Source: Phoronis australis
Taxonomy: Eukaryota > Animalia > Phoronida
DNA length: 64,000 nt
Assembly (NCBI GenBank): GCA_002633005.1
Contig: NMRA01000225.1
Coordinates: 365,297 to 429,296, forward strand
Direction of reading: 5' to 3'
The notes below the pieces were generated by a model, which saw only the letters and a program-made list of their open reading frames with translations, ran no database searches and was not told the origin of the DNA. The position numbers were made by a program, and so were the translations under genes. Within the stretch, counting starts at the first letter, position 1. Each line of letters opens with the position of its first letter. Positions 51,746 through 64,000 of the stretch are shown here, in pieces.

Positions 51746-52784
51746 GTATGTTGTTCATTGGAAGGAATCATTGTCTATTAGATGCTTGATTTGAAGCTTT
51801 ACAGACACTTCAAATGTTCCAAGTGTTAAATATCATTGGTGACTATGGTCGCCTTTGGCAGTCTGTGATTTCAAGTTGAAAACCACTTAATAATGTGTTA
51901 TTGACTGAGGGTTGATGGAACGCAGAATTCAAAACCAGCATTTTTGACCAGCATGTTGATGTGCAGATGTGATGGTCATTATTGCTAGATTATGAATAGA
52001 TGAGATATTCCTGTGAAGGTTGGTCGTGGTTTAATGAGTTCATCTTGGAAGCAGGATATGTCGTTCTAGGAAGTTGATGATGCCCGGTGACCTCTGGTTA
52101 AAAGTTAGTCTGCTGATTCTTCAGTCAAGAGGTCAATATGGAGTCTGTAGGTTCCTGGTTGAGTTGGATTTGTTCCTAAATCACTTTGTCATTGTCTCTG
52201 TTTAGTTGCTGGCATAGGATACAAGTATATGTGATGGATCAGGTATGGTTATCAGTGCACGTTTTGCTTCTGTGTACAGTTTGCTGCAGATAATGAGAAA
52301 GATTTGGTGGCATGATGCCATGGTGACTGGTTTCCTGCACTTTGGATCTCTATAAGGATTTCTTGAGACGGTGTGTTTTCTTTCTATGCTAGAGAAACTT
52401 GGTGCGAGAAATCTTCACTTATAGAATGGAAAACCCGAGTTTGTATCCATAGTTCAATGTTAAGTATTGCCGAGGTGTCACTGCTGTAGCAGCCATTTTG
52501 CAAGTCTATGCAGTTAAGTCATGAGCTTACACGCAAAACACTTGCATTTCACTCTCGTGATTTTGGGTGGTCTTGCGTGGTGCCGCTTTTCTCACAAAAC
52601 TTGCTCTACGAAATGGAAATGCATCGCTGGTCTAGTTAAAGGAGTGTAATGATAGACGCAAAATGTTTATAGAACTGCATATTGCATGGGTGCAATGTAT
52701 TCTGGCAAACCTGGAAAGTGCAGGGAGTAGTAAAGCTAAAATAGTAGAGGCTTGTGGCCGTTTGAGTCCACTTTTATTTTAATT

Positions 52785-52997
52785 TCAGTTCTGGTATCAC
52801 CTCATTGCCAAATTGTTACATTAAAAATTGTTAGCTTGCATGGGCTGCATCAGCCCTACCTTGCGATCACTTCAATAACGACAGCGACACTTACCATTTC
52901 CTTCCATGCAGTTAACTACCAAAGCTGATACGAGCTATTAACTTTGCAGTTTACAGTGGGCTGGAGGCTTCAGGGTTTAGTTAGTATGAAAGTCCCT
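52785..52997. mobile_element. MITE family 1, partial copy
   Basis: ctaccttgcgatcacttcaa ... ttagtatgaaagtccct matches 55900-56051. Confidence 0.55.
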
Positions 52998-55553
52998 ATA
53001 GTGGCTTCAAACATTGCTGGGAGCATATCAGTGTCTGTCATCTACCTGTAGTGGATTATTCATGCTCAAGGATTTCCTGTATTACATAATGGCGAACCCT
53101 CTACACAATATAACTGAGAATGTTGATACTGATCTGCATTGCATTGCCCTGGACACAGCTGGTAGTAAACTGCACTGTAAGGTCTTGCTATGCCAGTTTC
53201 ATGAAATTACATGGTATTTTTTCGTACTTTTCAAAAAGGTGAGTTTCACCAAACAGATGCTTTATCACAGCCACGCAGCGATTAGAAGTGGCGCAAGTTA
53301 CACTAGCACAAGTTACACTACTACGATAAGATGGAGTTAGTTGTCACAAGTGGGACAAGTTGCACTACGGTAGTTTAAATAGCATCCACGCAGTCTCCAA
53401 ATCTAGTGACAACTCGTTCCAGGAGAATCGTGTCCTGGGGCAAGTCCTTGTGTGGACAGGACTTAGGCCGAATAACTTGGCTTGTCGCAGGGGACGCTCA
53501 GTGATCCGTTCTCACTTGCAGCTGATAAAACTGTTGGTGAAAATGCATTTTGTTCATGCACAGATTTTGGCCTGCTAAGTGACTTCAGTCAAGTCTTTTT
53601 TTTCAGAGAGCGAGATTGATCCTTAACGAGCTTGTCACACATGTGATACTAAATTTTACACAAAGAGCAATGTGCTAAATGCAGCAATTACTGGTCTGCT
53701 GCTGTTGGTTCTACTAAAGCACTGTGACTAATGGAAGGCTGTTGTTACCAATCTTCAATATGATTTTTGAGAAGAGTCGAGACTTTTTGTGACCTGTGAT
53801 GTGCGACAGGATTTCCCATTGTTGTGAGAAGTGTAAATGGCTGTCTCACGAGGGAGATTTTGTTTTTTTACACCCACAAAATCTGAATCATTGTAATGTG
53901 TGTAGGGAACACTAGACCTTTTGAACTCTGTACCATTTTATCAAACTGTAATTTAATCCATTGATCTCATTAGCCTTGGCTATGATTGCTGAAAACATCT
54001 GGCAGTGATCATTAGTACTCAGACAAAGACCATCAGTCTGTTGGATCCTTCACTTAGCATGTCAGCACCAGGCTGCATTCAGATTAGAGGACTTCACAGG
54101 CATTAGAAAAACTTGAGAACTGGACCAAACTATGACCACCATGTTTGAAGTTTAAGTGGCTCAAAATAGGAATTGATATGAATCCATTCTTTGAAAACGA
54201 TAAGACCCTCTTTTAAAGAAAACCTTGTGGAGGTTGTCCAGCTACGTATAACAGTATAACATCTTTGTGTCAAGTGTTATTGGGGCTCGCATTTACATTT
54301 TCAGGAAATGTTGAAGAGGTGAAACATTCCTGGACTATTCCAGCCCTATTGGTGTTTATTTGTTTTAGAAAACATCATGGTGTCTCTGACCTTGTGGCTT
54401 TCATAGTTGTGGAGCCTGATAACACTTGCTTATCTTGTGATCTGGCGTTTCCATGTGTGTGTCTTTGTTGTCCCTTTCGCTGAACTCACCACCAAACATA
54501 TCTCAGTGGGTACCCTATTCACTCTAATAAAAATAGTGGTTTGAATCTACACTCTTTTTGTTCGTGTTTGAAACATACTCTTAGTTTTCTGGGTAGTCTA
54601 GATTTAGTTCTGCAGACTTCTGCAGGGAATATTCATTTTAGCAGTTTTGGCCTCTTTAAACAAAGGTTCATTTCAGCAGCTGGTGAGTAACTTGTAGACT
54701 GCCTGTCTTGATATTGATTTTGAAATAATAGCGCGCTGAAGATATGTTATCATTCTCGGCCATAAGGGTATGTATGTAAACTGAAGTGGATGTGGGTCAA
54801 CTGCATTCACCTTTCTGTGAATCAGTTGTTTACAGGTGTAGGTAAATCTCTCTGTGACTCATGTGCGCTGTGGTAGTTGGGTAGGTGTTATTGTTTACAG
54901 TCCAGATGGAGGGAAACTGGAGGGAATTCAAGGAATGCTGTGAAACTATTGTCTGCCAGGAATATTCCTTTGTATGAAAACCTGGAGGGGGCTATAGAAT
55001 CAAGAGTATTAGGGAAATCATTTTGCTCTTGTGTTTGCCATCTTATCTAGCTCACTGCTTACAAGATGAGGTGTTGAGTGGAGTCATTTCTAATTTTAGG
55101 GAATTTTAATCCCATCTTCTTTTGTATCAAATTGCACATTCTTCATTCATATTGAAGTGAACAATTGGTAGCCCAAGTAATTTGTTATGGCTTTGGTCGA
55201 ATAATTATATGATTAGTTGGTTGCTGTTTCCCCTAAAATTTCTCCCAGATTTCTGCCCTACTTTAGATTGCTTTGCTGTGCTGCACACCTAATGGTGATA
55301 GGTTATTAATGTGGGACCCCTGTCAGGATATTTAGCCATGTTTGTGTCATGAAGTAGGGTTTTGCTTTGAAGAAAAAAGTTCTTGATAAGTGCTGAGATT
55401 TTTAGCTTGCCAGGCAGGATAGTTATGAAGAGCACTTGAAGGGGATATTCAAGGTCTTGATAGCATTGTTATCCTTGACACATTTCATTTAAAGTATTTG
55501 TTCACTGGCCTCTGTTAATTAGGCAGTTTGCGAACTGGTTTGTATCGCTCTAA

Positions 55554-56051
55554 TGGACCTTTCATACTAACGTCGACACGTCAATGTTTTGGAGAGTTGC
55601 AGTCAGTGTGAACGGTTAACTTCAGTCCTGGATCGAATTTAACGGTGCTAGTCAACTTTGCAGTAAACTGGTGAATTTAATAGCGGAGCGTCCACGCTGC
55701 ATTGCAGTATGAATGGTCAACTTCAGCCCCATCGAATTTATCGCTAGGGGCCAATTAAAAGGCAATGTCGTCTATAATAGTTGCTTATATTTTGCTCTAA
55801 TAATCACCACTTCAGTTAGAAATAAGTTTTGTGTCAATTAGCTCATGTAAATGTTCCCAAATTGTCACATTGAAAAATCTTAGCGTGCACGCGATGCATC
55901 ATTGCTACCTTGCGATTACTTCAAAGGCAACAGCATCACATGCCATTTTTTGATGTCCTTTAACTACGGAAGCTGGTATGAATGGTTTAGTTAACTGCAG
56001 TTTACGTCGAGATTGCGCTCTGACCGAAGATAAGTCAGTATGAAAGGGTCT
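55554..56051. mobile_element. MITE family 1, full-length copy in reverse orientation
   Basis: TIRs ggacctttcatact ... agtatgaaagggtc. Colinear reverse complement of 3801-4282, e.g. taaatgttcccaaattgtcaca vs tgtgacaatttgggaacattta. Confidence 0.75.
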
Positions 56052-57878
56052 TGGCAAGTTAATTCAGGATCTTTTGCTCTAGAGTAACTTGTAGGGTGGA
56101 CTTGCTTGGGTCAAATTTCCCTACAACTTAACCCTAGGGTGTTACCTCATCTATTATGAAATCAGTTGTCACAGCATGTCAAGTTGTATACATGGGATAG
56201 GGTGTCCAAAAGGAGGCCAGTTTTCTACATCTTGGTTGTGGTTATGGTCAGATCATGTTCAGCCACAAGTCATTTGGCCAGTGTTAAAAAACACAAAAAG
56301 ATGCCAGTTGATTGAAATACAGTACTAAATTAAACACGGCATGCTGTTGAATTGTGGACCTATACATACAGCAACTTACATTGAAATTAATCTGCCGTTT
56401 TCTATTGTTATTTCAGTGGCATCTAACTTGCACTTTGTGTCTAAAACAAACCAGTTTTGATTTAGGCTAGTTATCCCGTATGAAAGTGGTCTTATTTTGT
56501 TACTCGATTTAGAAGACATCTCTGAGCTGGAAAAACAGACAGTTCGTTATTTCTTCAAATCATTAAAAGGTCAGAAGACACAATGGACTGTCTGTTCTTT
56601 CGAACACCTGAATTTACCTCCTGAGTTTGGCTGAGGAACAACGAGAGACCAGTTTCATAATGGTACTTAGTGAGGGGTCGTAATTAAAACTTTGTTTCTG
56701 TGATGGAAGATAGGCTTACTGCCACTTTAATTTGAAAACAATTCCAAAAATATTGTCTGTTCTGTTTAATGTCGGTCTCTGACAGAACATTGTCACTCTG
56801 TTTGGTCGACATAGTCCTACCCAGCTGTTACAAGATCAGGGGTCAGTTGGTTCTGATATCATTGTTGACCTCTTAGCAACTCTGCAGGTAAAGATAAGAC
56901 GCCTACCAAGAACTGTTGTCTGTCCAGCTAATGTTTGTTTAGACTCAGTTGCTGGCTTGTTTGGGTTATAAAAATGGGACTTCATTTTACAACAGTTTAG
57001 ATAATCAGTTGGAATAGAAGAGAGAGGTTGGTCACTATGTTGGCTGTTAGTTATTTACCAAAATCATTTTGGCATGAGAGAGTCTACTGTTTATGGTGAG
57101 TTGCTCTTCTTGCTGACTGTTTTTGAAACGATGAGATCGGGGAATGTGCTGTAGCTTTTAAAAGGAAAGCCTGTAGTATCGCTTATTTTTGAAAACGTCT
57201 GCCAAAATTGTGCAAAGCAGTTATAATATTGTTCATGAAGTACATCTTTGTCTTTTCGCTTTGTTATGTGTGAAATGCGTAAGTTTCAACAATTTTTTCT
57301 CATAGATATATCACATTTATGTAGTTATTCGTGTGTTATTCATGGATCAATTCCTGAGACACTAATTTTACTCACATCTGGAGGTTATTTCTAAAAATGG
57401 CCTGTGTGCATTGTGTCATATTGTTGGGCAGGATGATGAACTCAACAATTTGTTGCTTATAAAATGCTGTTGAGTTTCATCATTGAATGTTGGCCTCAAC
57501 ATCTTGGAAGTTCTCTTCTGTATACACCTGCCATCTGGTGTTACATTCGGAAATTGATATCAGCATGATGGAAGTGAATTTAAGATGTTATCTTCTGGTT
57601 TAAGTCCGACACAGCTGTTTGTTTGGTCAAATTGGAATTGCAAACTTCAAGCTGGAATAACTCAAGTGGGAATAGTTCCATGCTGTAAAACATGGTTTTC
57701 AAAGATTGCACGGCATTGGTCTTAAATGAATTAGTGTTAGAGTGTTCCAGCGAGGTCTCCTCATAAAACACTATTGCCATCTGTTGTCAGAACTTAGTGT
57801 AAGCGACATAAAATCAAATGTTAATGTTTACCTGAGTTAAGGTGATGGCTTTTTTAACAGTTGAGCATTTGATTGCAG

Positions 57879-58733
57879 TGGAAGCAAAGGACAGTATAAA
57901 ACATCCCACACTCATCTGGCAGCTGACCAGGAGGGTCCACCCTTACCCCCTAGGAACTATAGACCGAGTGACGACAGAGCACCCCAAGATATGAGGCGCA
58001 GTGATCCAAACTGGGAGCAGAGGAACGATTGGCACCAGTTCAATCTCTGGCGAAAGACTGAAACTCAGCCGGGCAGTAGATACGACCAAAAATGGTTGGT
58101 TGCGGACGGTAAACAATCTCATGATCACAATCGTAATCAAAGCCAGGGAAAATCGTACGAGAACATTTACGCGAGCCCGGAGGATGAGGGCTATACGCAA
58201 GAATTGCGAAACCGGGCGCGGAAAATGTCGCAGAATCACCAGTTATCCGCGCCAGCAAATTATAAAAAAGAGCCGGTGGTCAACCAGGCGAAGTTGGAAG
58301 TGAGCTGGTCCAAGCCTGTAGATACGGCACCCCAGCCACAGGAGACTTGCCAGCCTCCGCCCAGAGACACACAGGAGCCTGTCAGGCCTCCTAAGACTTA
58401 CACTTCCCCCCTGTCTAAGGGAAATCCTGTGGATTCCCGCATGTATAATCCTGTGTTACCGCCCCATCCTATTGAAGAGACTGACATAGATGCTGTTATT
58501 ATTGGTGATGAAAGCTTACCACCGCCTCCCCTTCCCAAGGACTACCCGACTCACACTCCACCAGCTGGCTTCCACTCCAACAGTCCCAGGTCTTCGCCTA
58601 GTATTGGACGTTTGTCACCCCATTTTCGTAGTTCCCCCAAAGACTTCCCCGCAGAGATCTCGTTCCCACCGCCGCCGCCAACCAATGATGTGAAAGACAC
58701 AGGCTCACAAACTGATGAAGATGAAATTGACAG
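57879..58733 (+). CDS. Shroom: Shroom proline-rich exon
   Basis: Acceptor gattgcag|T is phase 2; donor AG|gtaagt is phase 2. Extends ORF 57991-58737 upstream with GSKGQYK...PPLPPRNY. Contains LPPPPLP and FPPPPP (EVH1-type ligands, as in vertebrate Shroom3). Confidence 0.85.
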
Positions 58734-59300
58734 GTAAGTATTGCTAACCTTTGGAAACTAGTCTCAAACCCAAACCTGGATTCTAATTTTAAGTCCTGTG
58801 CAGATACAAGACATCTGGTAATTGCTTGGCTCAACAAAACCTCAGGATATCTTGTCCATGTAACATGAAATACATGTTTTTAGAATCTTAATTGGCCTTA
58901 CTTAAGCCATTATCCCGATGATAAATAGTTGGTTGGCCATGGCCACTTCTGACTTCATCAACATACACTATAAGAAATCGTTTGAGCTTCAACTGCGTAG
59001 AAATTTTTCTCAGAAAGTTGTTGAAAATGGGAGAAGAGGCAACTTGAAATGTTTTTGAGTTTGTGTACCAAACAGTATGGCAAAGATCTAAATGAATGGC
59101 CTTGTTTTGGAGGTCTTTACCAGATTCGGATGAAATGTCAAGTAGAGTCTGGGTTTGAGACTACCATTTAAGTTGTGATGGCACCTTTTACTGGCTAAAA
59201 AGTGTGCAAAGTGACGCTCTTCATTTTCGAATGTTGGCAACTATGTGCGCTGTTGAGCTAATTTTCAAAACTGTTCCTTGTGACAAGCAATTGCTTTTAT

Positions 59301-59359
59301 TAATGACCAGTAACTGTTATCTTTATGACTAGTAACTGTTGTCTTAATGACTAGTAACT
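59301..59359. repeat. 22-bp minisatellite, about 2.7 units
   Basis: taatgac(c/t)agtaactgtt(a/g)tct repeated. Confidence 0.8.
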
Positions 59360-59963
59360 TTTTCTTCTGGTCTCAACTCAGTTGCTGCTTCTGTCTTTCT
59401 TGTCAATTCTGTCAAGAGTTGATTGATTTTCCTGTTAGGTAGTGACATCTGGTGGTAAATAAATAGGAACCATAGTTCCCCCCCTTCCTGACAGCTGTGG
59501 AAATATCTCATTAGTAAAGCGTTAAACATGTATTTACTCAACCTGTATTGCATAACAGCGATATAGTTTTTATGTTGAATCAAGAAATTATGCAGTTATC
59601 CATCTTCTTGGATAGATAAGATAGATAGATAAGTCACTTTATGATGAGAATTTTTGATATCATAATCTTCGATTCATCTTCACCTGTCACATGATGGAAG
59701 TTGTTTCTCAGACGAAAGAGTCTCCCTCCCACCGTATGTGTAACATGCTTTCTATAAATAATACCCTACTACTGGCTGTACCTCTAAGTGGCCAATTTCC
59801 TAAATAGCCTGCACTTTATCAAGGGCTGTTCCATACATTAGGCCAGAGCAGAGAGAGGCCTGTATATTGTTTCTAATTATGCCTGCTGTTCAGTGTAAAC
59901 ACAGCTATCTTTGCTGGACTCTGTGGTAGATTTGCTGTTTTGACTGACAGTATCAAGTCAAAC

Positions 59964-59986
59964 ATGGCTGCTTCCTGGGAGCTTGT
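59964..59986 (+). CDS. Candidate internal first exon giving an ASD2-only Shroom isoform
   Basis: aacATGG, MAASWEL, donor TGT|gtaagt, phase 2, matching acceptor 63049. Confidence 0.3.
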
Positions 59987-60305
59987 GTAAGTGATTGGCC
60001 GATGGTAGATTTTTATGCATCATAGTGGTTAGATATCACATACTGATTGGGAAGTAGTGGGAGTTTTTATGGACTGTTGTTGTTATTTGTGCCAGTTTGT
60101 TGTAATTACTTTCAATTCTGTTGATTCCTAAATGAGAAGAGCACACTGCTGAGTGGCTGGACCATGCTCGTTAAGGTACTCTGGTACAGTGAAGTCTCGC
60201 CAGTTTTGAACGAAACTATTTCTGAAATTGATCTCTCTTTTTCCCTCTTTGTTATGACAGCCTGTAATTTTTCCAAGCATAACAATGGATTGTAAACTAT
60301 TACTG

Positions 60306-60379
60306 GGATCCCGCATTTTGAGAACCAGTTTTCCCCGCCAAATAACAGTCATCAAACTGGTTCTAAAAATCGGGGATCC
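60306..60379. mobile_element. Hairpin micro-MITE, family 4, reverse orientation with a CTG target-site duplication
   Basis: CTG|ggatcccgcattttgagaaccagttt ... aaactggttctaaaaatcggggatcc|CTG. Confidence 0.75.
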
Positions 60380-63048
60380 CTGTGATTGACTAACAATGGT
60401 ATAGATTGTAAAAATGATAAAGCACTCATTAAGTGCTGTTTATCTCTTAGAACGAGAAAGAAAATTTGACTTGTCCACCATGGTGTGTGCTAAATTGGCA
60501 AGATTTCACTGCAAAACATGTGGTCTCGTTATGGACTTTGTACATCCAGGAAATGTATTTTACTGAGTTAAATTTTACTTTTGTTATGAGACTTGGCTGA
60601 ATGCACAGACTTGAGTAGTTGATAAGGTGGGATGTAACCTTAACAGAATTGCGTGTTAGTATTGTTTTTCCAGCGCAGTCTTTCAAATGTGAAGCTTAAT
60701 GTCATTATATTGTGCCGATACATCATCAGTGGCTCTTGAATGGAGGAGTACAACGCGCAACTGTCTTGGTTTCGTACTAGGTTCACTTCAGTGGTGAAAA
60801 CGCTGGTAGCTTTATCATCTGATTGCTAGGGTTGTAACTGGATGAGCTATCCATGAAGGGGTCACTTTTGCCAGCGGTTAATTTACTCACCACCCAAATT
60901 GCTTTTCATGGAAAATTGATGTGCGATGATAAACCATGGCCTCTTTCCCCTGGGCATGTGTGCCCTTTGAATAAATGGCCTGGCTGGCCTGCTAGAGAAA
61001 ACGTTAGCAGATTTGGAGTCAACACCCCAGTACCCCTCATGGACTCAAAAGAGAACAATTTTGGATAGACAAGCTCAATGCACTAGAACCTCATGGATTA
61101 AACATAAAAACTGCTTAAATTATATCATTTAATTATTTCCGCAACAATGTATCATATTCATTACACCACATCTTAAATGTCAATTGTCATGTAATATTTG
61201 ATTTTACTTTATTCCGGTTTCTGTTGACGAAGGACGTTATTATATCCGAAAATTTCAGTTGATCCGTTCTTGTTGTTTTATTTACCTATATATATTCTAC
61301 ATTTCGTGAAACAATAGTATCCTTAAGAGGATCTGGATCACCTTATTTAGTTTCAGATTTATTTTCTACGTTATTTGACTTCACTAGTGTGGATACATGT
61401 TTAGGTCTTAATTCAAAACTACTGTTAGACTTCATGGGACTCCACTACTCATATTGCAGTTAAAAATATTTTCATCTGCACCTTAAACATCCAGGGATCC
61501 CTGTTGCACAGTAAAGTATGCTGGGTAACAACAGTGTTGTCGCATTATCACGTGTCACAAATCTATTGTTGACCAATGCACTTTACCTCATGCAAACTCA
61601 CTTCAATGGTAACAAAACTAGCAATTTTAAAATGACAAAATTAGCCAGACAGTGTTGTGCCCAAGTTATGGTAAATTCTGCCAGCAGTCTTCTTCACTGT
61701 TTGAATTACCCAGAGCCAACACGTGTCCCTTGTACTGAAGTTCTAGCGAAAACTCCAGTCCATGAATTTTGGCGTTACTCAAACGGTCAGTTTCAAAGCA
61801 ACCCCTTAATCTATCACATTACTGGCATTTTTGCTATTAGGGAAAGTGCTTGTGAAAACACTGCTATTTTAGCCAATTTGTGTATGTTGTATGTCTGATA
61901 CTATATCTACGACCTTCCTCAATAACTTTGGGAAGTAAAAATATGTGGTAACTACCACTTGGTTAATGAAACACTCAAATTTCGAAATTCTAATCTATAA
62001 GGTTGAATAACTTTTAGCAGAAGTATACAGTGTAGTTCATTAAAGTTGTGGAAAAGCACAATTCAGACTTGCGTTTTAAGCAAAATGTCATGTGCGATCC
62101 TAACTTGTAGTTGGAAGTGTTGCAATCTTGGTGTGCTCTGGCTGTCCTCTTTAGTTGGTAGGGTATCACCTAACCACTTCATCACTCTCTAATTACTGGT
62201 CTGCCTTCAACTGATAAATTTCTTGGCTCCAATTGAGGTTGTATTAATTTACATAACCTGGTACTTCTCTAAATATTCTACAGCTGTGTAGTGACTGGTG
62301 AACACACCTGATGACATCTCCTGAGCTCTGTGTCTTTAAAGTGGCCGCTGTGAGACTGATGATAGAAATTCAGTCTTACGCTACCCCTTCACAATTGTTG
62401 AAAAAGGTTTAGCCAAATCATTATGAGCACATCGCAGTCTAGAAATAATTAAGAGCAAATATCTCAGTAACTTTGCAAATGAGCGATTTATTTATTCTCA
62501 AGAAACGTTGCACTTTTGCTCGTGTGAGGTTTACGGTATTAATTTCACATCCATTGAATGATGCCACTGATGCCAACTCCAACTGAAGTGATATAAAAAT
62601 CAAAAGTTCAGGCCTACACATTTTCTCGGACAAGACTGGTAACTCGCTTCTAAAATAAAATCAAGTTGTCAGAGGTATTTAGCAGGTATCCCTTGAAGCA
62701 GTGAACCATCTGCACCATTTTGTAAAAAGAGAAATGCTAAACTGCAGTGCTAGAAAGCTTCTACAATGTCTACTCGTCATTGGCGTTTTTTTTAAAGATG
62801 CACTCTAAAAGCATTCTCCACAACTGAAAATTCCCAAAAGTGTACGGATGTCAACGAAGGTGGTGGAAGTTTGTGGTGGCCATCATTTCATGTAGTGTAA
62901 ATGTCCTTTTTCACAAATGCGGGCTTACAGGTCACGGCGGTACGTATTTAAGTAGGTCGTGAAGAACACAGGCAGTGCTTACATTAAATGTTCTATCCAT
63001 ATATGCACTCATGTCTTGTATTGACTTACTTCTTATCCATTTTTTTAG

Positions 63049-64000
63049 CTATCCAGAGAACTCGTACATGGCCCACTCGAACAAACTGAAGAGAAATCGA
63101 TGCTCGCCAGTTAGTTATGGTAAGACGTCGACTAGTGAACGCCCTCTGTTGAGTACAGCCCCAGCAGACTTGGAGTCTGCAGTAAAGCCTGCCGTTGGTC
63201 AAATTTCAGACTCAGTCAGGAGTCAGAGTTCAGACTCCACCAGGAGCCAGAGTTCAGATTCGGCCCACAGAACAAAGTCACCCCTTTCATCCAATGAACA
63301 TTCCCCTCGTAACTCACCGCCTTCCACATGCGCTGTCCAACTACTCAAGTGTCCCCGACCTACTACTCACACGACAGCCAACTCCAGTTATTCCCAACTT
63401 CCAGCTACACCAGATCACGTGTCTAGTCCTCAGCTACACGAGGATGTAAAGCTCTTCAAACCCATCCATGACAATATAGTACAAAATCTGCCACCGAAAG
63501 GTCACAGGCGGTACTCCGAACAACCTTATGTGAACAGATCTCCAGCCGAAACTGGACACGGCAGACGTCAGTCAGTGGAACATACAATACTGCCACGGAG
63601 ATCCAATGATGTGTTAGATAAGCCGCAGTCGGTGGCAAGCAGGAGGATGATCTCAGAGAGTACAGACAGTTTAGAGGGAGCATTTGTGTCTAAGGTGAAT
63701 GAGGACGTTCTGAAGTCAGCTGAGACAGTGAACGCTGTGAAGCTCTCCCGTGAAGAAGTGTCCGAAAAGGAGAGCACTAACTGTAACAATGGGCCCAGCC
63801 CCGTAGTGAGTGATAAACCAGATAGCGTGGAACCCGCTCTTACGATCAAACACATTCGGCAGAAATCGCAGGAGGAACTGGAGTGTGATCAGGAGGCTGC
63901 TAGACTAGCCAATCAAATTAAGGAAAAGGACGGCAAACTGTCCAAGGTGCTGCTGTCCTCAGACAGCCAGAAGACCGTGTCAGACTACATGGAGGGTGTT
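63049..64000 (+). CDS. Shroom: Shroom exon running off the window, including the N-terminal start of the ASD2 domain
   Basis: Acceptor ccatttttttag|C is phase 2, followed by 317 stop-free codons to the window edge (absent from the ORF track, presumably because there is no stop). Ends KSQEELECDQEAARLANQIKEKDGKLSKVLLSSDSQKTVSDYMEGV, matching the Shroom ASD2 lead-in (LA.EI...DKSL..IL.....KTT.D.MEG.F). Confidence 0.9.

Noticed and set aside
47584-63855. Minus-strand and alternative-frame ORFs overlapping the Shroom exons
   Set aside because: These are shadow ORFs of higher-GC coding sequence, with no independent signals.

Overview
This is eukaryotic (metazoan, probably marine invertebrate) genomic DNA, AT-rich and intron-dominated. 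The whole window lies inside one large plus-strand Shroom-family gene. Six GT-AG exons (10959-11107, 44829-46218, 47539-49053, 50121-50230, 57879-58733, 63049->64000) splice in frame to 1657 codons. They encode the C-terminal part of a PDZ domain, a long disordered region with an ASD1-like helix, a proline-rich EVH1/SH3 ligand region and the start of the ASD2 (ROCK-binding) domain. The 5'-most exon(s) and the 3' end lie outside the window. The introns hold several short ATG-initiated exon candidates whose donors are phase-matched to the next constitutive exon. This suggests a nested multi-promoter isoform system (PDZ-less, ASD1-less and ASD2-only Shroom). The introns also contain several Harbinger-type MITE families, a foldback element and an interleaved (pseudoknot-order) inverted repeat. 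Two duplications abutting single-N gaps look like haplotype redundancy, and one of them captures a presence/absence Harbinger insertion. All assignments are by eye; no searches were run.
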